The notes under the pieces: generated by a model | The model's input: only the letters and a program-made list of their open reading frames with translations | What the model was told of the DNA's origin: nothing | Databases searched by the model: none | Part shown: positions 25,481 through 36,540 of the stretch, piece by piece | Numbering within the stretch: the first letter of the stretch is position 1 | How the letters are laid out: each line of letters starts with the position of its first letter | Made by a program: the position numbers and the translations under genes | DNA from: Carcharhinus amblyrhynchos | Taxonomy: Eukaryota | Direction of reading: 5' to 3' | Assembly (NCBI GenBank): GCA_965287045.1 | Contig: OZ336897.1 | Span: 9,610,001 to 9,674,000 of the forward strand | DNA: 64,000 nucleotides

Positions 25481-26260
25481 AATGCCACCTATGCCACATC
25501 TTACACCATAACATTACATCCTTGGTCAAATCATTGCACATTGCAGCAAACAAGTTGGAATGTGTTGGAAGGTTTAACATTAATCTCAGGTTTCGTGCTT
25601 TTTCTAGAGTTGGATCAGTGCAGCATAGGATTTTGCAGATGTCTGGTGTTTAAAATAATTTTATCTTTAAACACTCAGGCAATTTTCAATAGCAGGCATT
25701 CCTATTTCAATAATAGATTGTCCAAATTTCCTAAATACTGTTTGAGTTCCTACAGTTATCAAACTTCAATTATCAAGCTTTCACGAATCAAACCAATGGA
25801 AATAACCGACTTCCACAATTCAGTCTTTTAACAGGTTTCAACTCAACCTTTTCAGTACAATTCATTGCGAATTTAATGCATACAGTTGGAAATTATTTGC
25901 ATTCATTTTAATCTGAGGTTCTTAGGTCAGATAGCTTTGAGATGCCAGCCAGCAAGGGAACAGATCTTAAAAATCTTCTCTAAAAAAATTTTAAAAAAAA
26001 ATCAATCCATAAATCACTTGAAAATCCATTAGTTAAGACATTCTAAGTGGATGTGTCTGTGGCCTATGGGATCTTGAAATTACTTTGCCATCAATAAAAG
26101 GAGAGTCCTAGCTTGTCCTCCCTTTTTACAACATCAAAAGCTGGAAACCTTTTCAGAGTGTATCTACAAAAATCTGAGGCTTTGATGCAGACAATAATGA
26201 TTTCATTGTCTTTCCTCAGTAATAATGCATTAACAAGAATTGATCCGCAAGATAAAATAC

Positions 26261-26503
26261 CTGCAGTGAACTGTTTTACATTGCTGGACCTGATTTTGTC
26301 AAAGACTGTAGAGACTGTACAACCCTTTGGCACAATCCAGTCATTTTGCCTTGTGCCTTTGTCTCTCTTCTCCGCGATTTCATACACTTCGACATGTGGT
26401 GGTTTTTCAGTGAGATTCTTACTGTAGTGACTTAGCCCATATTGTGCTATCTGAATAGGGTAGAAATAACCCTGAGGTCCCCATTGAGTGGATAAAGGAA
26501 CAC
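26261..26503 (-). CDS. GLCE: D-glucuronyl C5-epimerase, second coding exon (243 nt, phase 1-1)
   Basis: Read manually: tctttag|GT GTT CCT TTA TCC ACT CAA TGG = (G)[44 protein letters not shown]...NVKQFTA, then donor G|gtatttt. Only partly captured by ORF 26091..26387. Confidence 0.96.
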
Positions 26504-26962
26504 CTAAAGAAGGGATAAGAAAAAGATATCAGGACAAAGTTTAAAATAACTCAAGAGCAATGAAATGTAGCTTTTTGAAATAGACACAGAAGAAAGGATC
26601 TGGACATTATAGCGATATCAAACATGCTTGAAATGGAAACAGTTTACATGTGAATTAAAAACATTAAAATCGACATTAAATCAGCAGAAAAGAAATAAAA
26701 TGCCAGGAGTGAAATTTTTCACAATTGATGGCATCTAAAAGTACTTCAGTCAAACAAAGGTTATATTTCACTATTTTCACCTTTATCAGGGATGTCACAT
26801 CACTAAATTCTCTATTATATCTGTAAGTTACTTGCCCTTAAGGTTTTTTCCCCACCCAAGGATGCATGTGAACACAAGTATCAGACCTCTCTACCCTTCT
26901 ATCAGGACCACTGAAATTAGAATTTATAATGGGGAAACCACATGCATCAATTTGGCATGTTA

Positions 26963-27268
26963 TACAGTCATAGAGGTTTATAGCAAGGAAAGAGGCCCTT
27001 AGGCCAACTTGTCCATGCCATTTTTTTTGAAAAACTCGTAAGCTAATCCCAATTGCCTGCATTTGGCCTTTATCCCTTTATGCCCATTGTACCCATGTAA
27101 CTAGCTAAAGGTTTTTTGAAAGCTAAAATTGCACCCACCTCTATTGCTACCTCTGGCAGCTTGTTCCAGACACTCACCACCCTCTGAAAAAGCTGCCCCT
27201 CTGGGCCCTTTTGTATCTCTCCCCTCTCACCTTAAACCTATGCCGTCTAGTTTTAGACTCCCCTACCT
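26963..27268 (-). mobile_element. Older CR1 family 3' end
   Basis: Matches 8982-9290. Confidence 0.8.
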
Positions 27269-27576
27269 CACATGACAATTATGTCATATGACAATTTTAA
27301 TCCTAAATTTTGATTCCTGTTTCTTTGCTAGATTAGCTTCAGAAAAATAATTCAATGTCTTCTCAGTATATGGTCAGGTGGATAACAGAAACTCAATATT
27401 AAAACGTGCCAGTGACGCATTGATACTGCCCAACCCTTTCTGTCCTTTTTCTTATAGCAATTGAACCAAGTTCAAGGTTGGCTACTTAATCCATATTTGA
27501 TTAATATCATCATAAAGAATGCTGGTACCACTCCTTGAAGGAATAATACACTAAAGTCAATAAACTCCAATGAGTC

Positions 27577-27742
27577 ACAAAAGCAAAATACTGAAGATGC
27601 AGGAAATCTGAAATTAAAATACAAGCTGCCAGAAATACTCAGCAGGTCAAGCGGCATCTGCGAAGACTCAGAATAACAGAGTTAACTGAACAGGTTAGAT
27701 ATCTGGCCTGCTGAGTATTTCCAGCATTTACGTTTTTTATTC
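27577..27742. mobile_element. Palindromic Penelope-like mini-element (family B)
   Basis: GAAATACTCAGCAGGTCA...TGGCCTGCTGAGTATTTCC inverted repeat. Confidence 0.65.
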
Positions 27743-28329
27743 AGCTCTGATTTGCTCTGAGATTTAAGATTTATAGAAATTAACTGAACTCAGTAAAATT
27801 TTGCAGTGTTATAGGTTATGCTAGAAATGGTATTTTCAGTTATAACTCAATGTCTTACAAGGTTTAGAAGAAATTTTTTTTTTTTATTTTCGCAACCTTG
27901 AGATATCCCAGAATGTTTCAAGTTGTCATGTAAGTACTGAAAGTGATAAGAGTTAGAACCTTGGGACAGAAGAAGAGCTGGTCTTGCTCTTAATCCACCA
28001 GCTCAAAATTAGTCACTCAGCTGTCATTGCAGGTGGGAATAACAGTAGGTCACACCAGAGTCCTGGACAGAGTTGATACGTTTTATTCTTGTCCGTGATG
28101 GAGTGTTTTAATGCATGAGGTTAGTGTGTTTCCTCACCCTTGAGTAGTTTGTCTCCATTTAAAATTATTTCAGCAGCAAACTTTTTGTGAAATTAAAATA
28201 ACTAACGTTATTTATTAGTACACACTTGCCCCAGAGGTTTAAATGTCATGTTCTATACACAAGCACACACAAAGAGTAGACACAGATAAAGAAAAGAAAC
28301 ACATGCCACATGCCCCGAGAAGATCTCCT

Positions 28330-29100
28330 GACACCATATGGGTTTGGAGGACTACCTCTTGCAGTGGCCCTGAAGGTGACAGCAGCACTCAATTTCTTTG
28401 CCTCTGGGTCTTTCCAGGGAGCAACTATGGTTCTGTGCAACATTTCTAAGTCAGCAACACACAGTTGCATACAGGAAGGTCCATCATTATGTAAACCCTG
28501 CTCTGGACAAGAATAACCAGGCTCAGAGATTCAGGTAGAGAGCAATAGACTGCACCTATGTGATTATAAAGGGCTCCCTGGCAGCACTCTATGTTCATCA
28601 ACTGCAAGAGCTTCCATTCCATCAAACTGTTGTTGGTGTATGACCATCAAACACAAATATTTCATATGTGTGTACGTTTCCCTGGGAGTTATCATGACGT
28701 CTACATCCTCAGTTACTCCCAGGGATTGCTGAGGGACCAGAATGTCTGCAGGGATGGTTGCTGGGGATGAAGGATACCTATTTAAATAGTGGCTAATGAC
28801 TCCGGTCAAAGAAAGGTACAACGCACCTCATTCTACCACAAGCTAGCTCCCTCAGTGGAGACAATCAGACTTCTGAAGATGCACTGAAGAGGGTTTGCCC
28901 CCTGATTGCAATTTGCTGTACCCTTCAAAATCTGGCTATGCAGAGAGGTGAGGCCATGCCAGAGGCTGGAGGAGGAGGAACCCTCCTCAGAAGATGAAGA
29001 TGAGGAAGTGCAGGAAGCCCTGGGGGATGCTGAGGGACAACATAAATGGTGATGTGTGAGGCATGCCTGTGATACCCTAACACTTGCTGGAATTGCAAAT
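28330..29100 (+). pseudogene. Decayed PIF/Harbinger (HARBI1-like, DDE_Tnp_4) transposase
   Basis: Remnants ALKVTAALNFFASGSFQG, AIDCTYV, FINCKSFHSI, FPGSYHDVYIL, GWLLGDEGY..*WLMTP and an acidic tail; in-frame stop and frameshifts present. Confidence 0.88.
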
Positions 29101-29239
29101 ATGGACATTGACAGAGAACTGAGCTTGACTGCAAAGTTAATCTTTTGGCAATCACAGCATCATACAAGAAGAATGACCATTAGGGTGGAAGAACCCATTT
29201 ACTGGAGATGTATACCAACAACAGGAGAAAAGTGGAAAA

Positions 29240-29360
29240 AGTATATAAACATGTGAATTAGGAGTTGACCATTTGGTCAATCAAGCCTGCTCCACCATTC
29301 AATAAGATCATGGCAAATCAGATTGCAGCCTCAACGGCATTATCCTGTCTTACCCTCCAG
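29240..29360 (-). mobile_element. Old CR1 3'UTR fragment
   Basis: GCCTGCTCCACCATTCAATAAGATCATGGC core shared with the CR1 3' ends. Confidence 0.65.
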
Positions 29361-30924
29361 AAAAATTAAGTGATAAATTACTGAAATAACTTTGAAAGCA
29401 ATATGCTGTGATATAGAGCTGTTTTGTAATATATTTTGCAGTTGTTTCAACAAAAAAACTGTCACATGAAAGTCAATTGAATTCCAGCAATTCCATGCTG
29501 TTATTTCACAATACCTTTCAATATAATAGAATGTCCCAACTTCTAGAAGTATTATAAAACAAAATATAAAGCTGAGCCACAGAGATATTAGGTCAGATGA
29601 TCAAAGGCTTGGTCAAGGAGGAAAGTGGTGCAGAGAGGTGGAATTCCTAAGCTTAGATCTGAGGCACCTGAAAATGCAATCACCAATTAAAACTGGAAAT
29701 GCTCAAGAAGCCACAATGAGATGACTGCAGAGATAGAGGGTTGTGGGACTGGAATCACTGAATCTAGAAGAGAAATATCTATCAAGAAATGTTTTGTTTT
29801 TAGAAATGTCAAATCGAACAGAATTTAGAAATTCATATAGAACAAAGAAACTTACACTACATATAATTACATGCACATACTTCTAGTATTTATAATCAGG
29901 CAAATTGTGAAAATGACATTTTATTGGCCAATGAGTGAATGAAAAAGCAGTACCAAAAGTATACTAGAGGACTGAGGAACAATCTCTGCCTCGAACATGC
30001 CTTACAATGCCCTGACAGCAGAAATCAAACCTCAAAACATGAAGCTCCTTTGCAATTCTATTGGATTTGAAAGCTTGCTTTCTCAGGTTTGTTTGTTCAC
30101 TTAATTAAAATATATGTAGTTTTGTATTTATTTACTAACTGCACACTAGCCCATCATAAATATTAATTTCCTCTCCACAACTATTACAGCAAATACTGGA
30201 AATGCATTCTAAACATTTAGTACAGTTCAATAGTTACATAAATTGATACTTTGCTGATTACTTCAAAATTATGGATTTCCTTACTTGACTACCAAATTCA
30301 AAATGTTTAATGTGTGTGTAAATAATGCAATATTTACTGACTTCACAGCTTTCAGTGTTTTATCTATTAATTAGTATTTTGGTCACAAATTTGTCAACCA
30401 TTGTACACTTAATTCCATTCTCAAGTAGGTTAATTTCTACATTAAACCGAGTTAAATGGTAATTCCCATAATTATCACAATTTTGCATCAGCAAATCTAG
30501 GAATTTAGTTTAACAAGGTCCTTCATTTTATAGATTGTGTGTAATGACATTAAACTACAAGAACAAAGATACAATTTTTAACCATTGTGGCTTAGAAGTC
30601 CACCCTTGCTGAATTTCTTGAGCAGATATTTGGGAACCATGCTTTGCAAAATAATCATTCTTTATAACAAACCAACCAATCTTCTTCCATCATTGCATAA
30701 TTAAACAACATACCTAAGGCAATAAAATATGTTGCTATTCTGCAATTTCATGGTAACTGGGGCAATGGAGACCATATTGGAAATGCACACTACATCATTA
30801 GTAAAACAATAATATTTGCACTAATCAGTCAGAGCCACCATCTGTAAGTATTCAATGTGCAACACTGTAATCCAATTACAAAATTTGAAGATGGTTGAGG
30901 TCTATTTTAAAATATACTGATAGA

Positions 30925-31880
30925 TTCCCAGGTGTAGGTGGGAGTGACCAAGCATCTCTTCGCCGGTGCATATTATGGAAGTCTCAAGGGCAGACCTTGA
31001 GGGCAAAGATGCAGACTGTCCACAAACCTTGTGCCAGTCTGCATCTTTGAGTCACCAGGAGTCATCAAGTTGGCAATGTGTTGGGTGAATAGGGCTCTTG
31101 TATCAAATGTCTTTAAAGTGCTTCAGTGTTGATTTTCCTGCAGTATTGTCTTTGTTGCTCTAGCTGCTTTGGGGCTACAGTGATGTTGGTCACAAAGTGG
31201 AATAGTCGAGCAGGTGCCTGTGCTTGGAGAGAGGGTGTTGTGTTAGCATGAGGCCTTGTACTGACTGAACAAGGTGGTGGTTATGACAAAGCTGCATTTT
31301 GGGCATTTAGTCAGTAACAGGGTACCATTAATGTTGAAATTTCCTATCTCCCTCTCTGCCGAATGCACCTCCCAGAAGTCTGTATTCTTTCCAAGTCACC
31401 AAGGAAGATCAGCTTGCCTCCATTTGGGACTCAGGCTGAGGATTGATCTAGGCTGGAGTAAAATTCCTCTTAGAACTCACATTGCTGCCAGTATTGGGGC
31501 ATAAGCGCCGAGTTCAATCATGACTGGTTCTGGACTAGGGCGTAATGGAAAGGTCCTGAAGCATTTGTTTATCCCACAAGAGGAGTGTCTGACACAGCCA
31601 ACTAGTTGTTTTTAGTGTTGAAGCCAACCCCATGGAGATGGTGATGTTACTCTGATTTAGCTTTCTAGAAGGTGCAACAGCTACCTTGCTCCTTGAGCAG
31701 ACTCCCCTTGCCTGCCAGGATTTGCTACCGGTGATGTCAATGTCAAAATGCCTGAGCTTCTGGGCAACGATAGCAGTATGCTGTTTCGGTCTGTCATTGT
31801 TGGGTTGTCCATGTGAGTTCTGAGGTCCATCATCATCCTGCTGAATTGTTCCTCTCTTCAGGCGTAGAGTGATTTGCTGA
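30925..31880 (-). mobile_element. Decayed Tx1/L1-like non-LTR fragments
   Basis: More GC-rich block resembling the antisense of Tx1-type ORF2 segments; no intact ORF. Assignment from recalled similarity only. Confidence 0.4.
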
Positions 31881-32095
31881 ATATTAATAGTATTTTCTGT
31901 TGCCTAATTAATCATTAGACTTCCTGTTTGATTTGATGCAGTGTAAAAAGCACTGTAGTGCCTCAATGCATTTTATTATTAAACAAGAAATCAATTTTTA
32001 AAAATCTTCAAGTTTCTGTCAACAATAAAAAAAACTAACACGAGTAATACAAGAGTCACTTGGTGGCACAGAACTTTAATGTTGCTAAAGAGAGA

Positions 32096-32136
32096 CATGC
32101 TGTTGAAGCTTTTCATCTTGTACTCATCAGGATAGA
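32096..32136 (-). ncRNA. Minimal hammerhead ribozyme motif (Penelope type), stem I degenerate
   Basis: Minus strand CUAUC CUGAUGA GUACAAGAU GAAA AGCUUC AACAG: both core boxes intact, short stem II, palindromic AAGCUU stem III and a UUC cleavage triplet. Confidence 0.7.
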
Positions 32137-32153
32137 GGCAAAAATACAAAATT

Positions 32154-32468
32154 GGCAAGGTGATGGCATAGTGGTATTACTGGGCTAGTAATCCAAAGAC
32201 CTAGGGGACCCAGGTTCAAATCCTATCATGGCAGATGGTGAAACTTCAATTCAATAAAAAAAAATCTGTAATTAAAAGTCTAATGACGAATGTGAAACTA
32301 TTGCCAACCAATGTCCTTTAGGGACAGAAATCTGCCATCCTTACTTGGTCTGGCCTACATGTGACTCCAGACCCACAGCAATGTAGTTTATTCTTAGCTG
32401 CCCTCTGAAATGGCCTAGCAAGCCATTCAATTGATGGACAATATACATCCACATCCAATAAATAAAAG
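32154..32468 (+). mobile_element. tRNA-derived SINE (second family) inserted in the Penelope arm
   Basis: Matches 8135-8492. Confidence 0.8.
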
Positions 32469-33174
32469 AATATTTCAAAAGGGAACAAAGATTTATATTG
32501 CATGAGAAAAAGATGCTGATTCGTTGGCAAGTCAACTCAGATTGGCAAGTTGATTTGGATTGGTCGAGGATTGGCATAGGGAATGCACCATGAACAGTTG
32601 TTCCCCATGGTTTTTTTTTGGCTGAGAAAGCCACAATGTCTAGACGTATACACGTTCTTTTTGCATTCAGAAGACAGGACTTGTGTATGAATCTGAGGCT
32701 TCCAACAAGGGAAGTGAGCCATATTGAGGCCCCAATTGAGAATCTTAATTTGGCTGTTGCCATAATTCAAGATTGTTCAGCAAGTCCAATCAGGGAAGCA
32801 CATATAATGGCGGATCTTATATTCCCAGTTTCCCAAATATAGGCTGATTGCGTGTGGGTATTCTTGCGAACAGCTAAAGGACATGCTATTTGAAACGATC
32901 TGTTAGTCATTGGGATATACAGCCTCCATAACTGGCATCACATTGATACTGAAATTCATATAACACATCACTCATTTGTGTGGAAGACAGATTGTCTTTT
33001 CAGCTTCACAGCAGTGTTCTGTTTGTGGAGAACACCACTCATGTTGTTACTGCATTGTGGTTGTGTAAAACAACTAGCTTCACTTGTTGCTCAAATTTTT
33101 GGGACACCTTGTACTTCTAGGGTAATTTGAAGTAGACTGGACACTTTCCCGGATCGAAAGTAGCTGCCTTTAAG

Positions 33175-33533
33175 GGGAGATGGAAGTGCAGTACTAACAT
33201 CACTGGACCCAGGCTCTGGGACAAAGGTTCAAATTCCACTACAGCAATTGATAGAACTTGAATTTAATTAATAACAAATCTGCAACTGAAAACCATGACA
33301 ACAATCACGGATAGTTGAAAATGCATCTAGTTCACTGATGCCTGTAAGGAAGCAATTCTGCCATGTTTGCCTGGTGGGCCAAGAGGTGACTCCAGATCCA
33401 CAGCAATGTGGTTGGTTCTTAAGTTCCCTTTGAAATGGCCTAACAAACCACTCAGTTCGAGGGGCAATTAGGGATGGTGAATAAATACTGACAGTGCCAG
33501 CAACTTTCATATCCCAAGGAATTTAAAAAAAAA
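33175..33533 (+). mobile_element. tRNA-derived SINE (second family) inserted in the Penelope arm
   Basis: GGTTCAAATTCC box, GTGACTCCAGATCCACAGCAATGTGGTTG core and A-tail. Confidence 0.78.
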
Positions 33534-33683
33534 CCATTTATGAGTCTGCATGATATGCAATGTGCCCTTATCCCACAGGATATTTTTGATGCATCCTATT
33601 TTGGAATCAAGCTTCCGTGGTGACCAAATGACTCAAGCCCCATTTATAAGGTTGCCAATAAGTCCAATTTTATAGCATGTAGG

Positions 33684-34432
33684 CCAACAGGTGAAGCTAG
33701 CCTTTTCACACAGCTACAACGTAGTAGCAACATGAGTGGTACTCTCCACTAACAGAATATTGCCATCAAGCCAAGAAGATGGTCTACCACAGAAAATCAG
33801 TAATGTGGTACATGAGTTCGGTAATGATGTGAAGCCAGCTATGTAGGTCATACGTCCCAACTGGTGTTTTGTATTAAACAGCATGTCGCTTTTGTTAGTT
33901 GCAACAGGCAAGTACTGACTGTAGTCAACCACCCTGTGCTTGCAAAACTCCATGTAGGGTTCAATGCTAAATGTGACTGCAATTGTTCAGTAGGTGCTGT
34001 CCAAGTATACTAAAAAAATCTATTTAAGATTGTCATGCTCACAACATTGCCCACAACACTGCCCACTTGCACTTGCTAGAAGCTACATATATTCACAGAC
34101 AGGGCCCTGTCCTCTATAAGCAGTGAGAACATTTCAGGCATTTCATCTTTCAATTAAACGAAAGTACGGGGAACAACTGTTCCTTGGTGCATTCTTCACG
34201 GCAACACAACAAGCAGAGGTGATTTGCTTTTTCTGAATTTAAAAACTTGGGGGGGATAACTGTTCACAGGTGCATTCGCCATGCCAACACTCCAACCAGT
34301 TTCCACGTGCCAACCAATCAACACTCTCCTCATGCAGCACAAGTTGTTGTTTTCTTTGAAATGTGGCATTCTTGTATCAGTCCTGATGAGCACGATTAAA
34401 AACTTCCACAGCATGTCTCTTTTTGCAGCAAA
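33684..34432 (+). mobile_element. Penelope-like element, right (inverted) arm: GIY-YIG remnant and terminus
   Basis: Plus-strand remnants QQVKLA...VVLSTNRILPSSQEDGLP..SNVVHEF...YVGHTSQ...LLEATYIHRQGPVLYKQ; ends CAGCATGTCTCTTTTTGCAGCAA like the left arm. Confidence 0.85.
34376..34415 (+). ncRNA. Degenerate hammerhead motif of the right Penelope arm
   Basis: CAGUC CUGAUGA GCACGAUU AAAAACUUC CACAGC; the GAAA box is mutated. Confidence 0.45.
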
Positions 34433-35889
34433 ACTTACCCAGCAATGCAAGGCAATTTCAAAATCTAAATTTTGAGACAGGATTTACAAAAAAATCTTCA
34501 GTCAATTATTCAGGTTTACTTGCTTAAATGGCTAACAGTAATTACATTCAATATGTTGGCACAGAGAATTTCCCTTAGTAAGTATGTCGCTCTTGTCTTT
34601 TGGGACTTGCTAATACAAGTTTCAACCTGCTGAGCAAAATTACAGCATTTTTACATCAAGCATTCTCATTACCCCTATGGATATGAATCACTTCATTAGT
34701 TAATGCTAAATTACTCCTTTCAAGGTTTTAAACTCTTGCATTTTGAATTGTGCAACATTGAATTTCATAAAATATTAACTAGATTCATTAAAATTGAATT
34801 GGGAATGGATTGAAAAATAGATTATTGCACAATGCTTTAATTATTTCAAAAACTGTACTATTATTTTCAAATCCAGCTATTATAAAATTTAGCATGTCTC
34901 AAGTCATATCCTTTGAATTTTTTTTTATCCAAGAACATACTTTAGATGAAATGACCAGCTTAAAATCATCTATCAACCCAGGGACATAGGATGCATACCG
35001 AAAGAATTTGAACATTACCTGATGAGAACGATTAACAAATGTTGGAACTGTGACTCAGACCATGCTGAGGATGGGTCAAGTTTATGAATTAACCATCCAT
35101 GTAAGATTGGACACAAAATATTACTCGAATGGAATGAACTCAAATTCATATTTAATAATGCTGCAAATTTATATTTCCATTAATGTAACCCCTTCCTCCA
35201 TCCCAAAGTCAGACCCAAAGAATTATATTGAACTGCAACTATTGTGGTTTTATGCAGGGAAAGCTGGTAGCAAATTTGGTAATATAAAGATTGCATAAAA
35301 ACAACTGCAACGAAAGGCCAGTTATTCCCAGTTTTTGGCACAAAGGTAAAAATACTCGATGCTGGAAATCAGAAATTATAACAATCTATTCAGCAGGTCT
35401 GCCAATATCTGTGGGAAGACAAAAAGCCAATGAACTGAATTTTATCCAAAAGAAAGATAGCTAATGTGTCAGAAATCTGTTTTCTGACCTAAACTCACCT
35501 TTGATCCACCCATTTCCAGCCAGAAGTTGGGCAGCAAACCAATCTGATCTAAGGAGGCGGGTTGCAGCTTTAAATACAATGAGTATGCAGCTTTTGAAAT
35601 TCAACAGCTACTGGGTATGTTTCCTGAGCACTGAAGAACTCAGAAGCATCCATAAGATGAGGAAAGTGGATTCAGGAGGCAAGCGCATCCACGCTCCAGC
35701 TTGAGGAGGCTCAATGAATGGCTAGATCCCCCCTCACTGTGGTCCCCAATCCCTTCCAAACCACCCCAGTCCCTGAAGCCTCCAATCACTATCAAAATTA
35801 AAATCTCTAACTTCAGTCTTCAATATCCCTCCATCATACTCACTGCAGCTCATCTTGTCTCAGCTCACCAGAAGTTGTATTGTTAGAGC

Positions 35890-36540
35890 AGATGTGATAT
35901 GATGGAGAAGCTGGGAAAATGGAAGCGAATCCTTATGTGAAGCAGGGTGGGAGGAGATATAATCAATGTAAGCGGAAAATAGTAGGTTCTGCAGGCTACA
36001 TGACAGGCTGAAAAATGTGTCTACTAGATAGTTGTTTCTGGATCCTGGAAAGGACGTAGAAGCAAGCTATGCAGGGTTGGGGATATGAGGTCGGAAGCCA
36101 GGCAGTGAGTGTGGGCAAAATAAGATTTTTGGAGAAGATGAGGTAGAGATGATCTGGGATGTGATGGTTTGACGTTCATGGTGGAGTAATGGTTCGAGGG
36201 AGATAGAAAGCGATGTTTCAGAGTTGGTGTTCAGCCTCCACAAGACAGAGTTTGTTCGCCAAGCAACAGTAGCACCAACTCCTTGCCTGCAGGTTTAATG
36301 AAAATGTTGGTGTTAAGTCTGAGATAGAGTACTGTAAGTCCAGGGGAGTGTATATTAGAATGAATTAGGGGATCGAAGAAATTAAAATGACTGATTATCA
36401 GAATTTGGTGATAATTTGAGATACATGGTAAATGTAGCAGGCTTGGAAAGAACAGATGACATGGATAAAGGACCAAATGTGAACACAATTGTGCCCCTGA
36501 TAGAGAGAACAAAATTCTTGGAAGATTAGAGACAAGGTTG
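35890..36540 (-). mobile_element. Highly decayed L2-like LINE fragment
   Basis: Purine-rich plus strand resembling antisense L2 ORF2; no ORF. Confidence 0.35.

Larger units (their letters stand above)
32081..33683 (-). mobile_element. Penelope-like element, left arm: RT thumb/linker, GIY-YIG endonuclease remnant and hammerhead-bearing terminus; interrupted by two SINEs
   Basis: Minus-strand remnants YKIGLIGNLINGA*VIWSPRKLDSKIGCIKNILWDKG, KCPVYFKLP, KFEQQVKL, QMSDVLYEFQYQCDASYGGC and NYGNSQIKILN...IHTQ. Confidence 0.85.

Noticed and set aside
28310-28516. Functional HARBI1 host gene
   Set aside because: Frameshifts, an in-frame stop and deletions; it is a transposon fossil.
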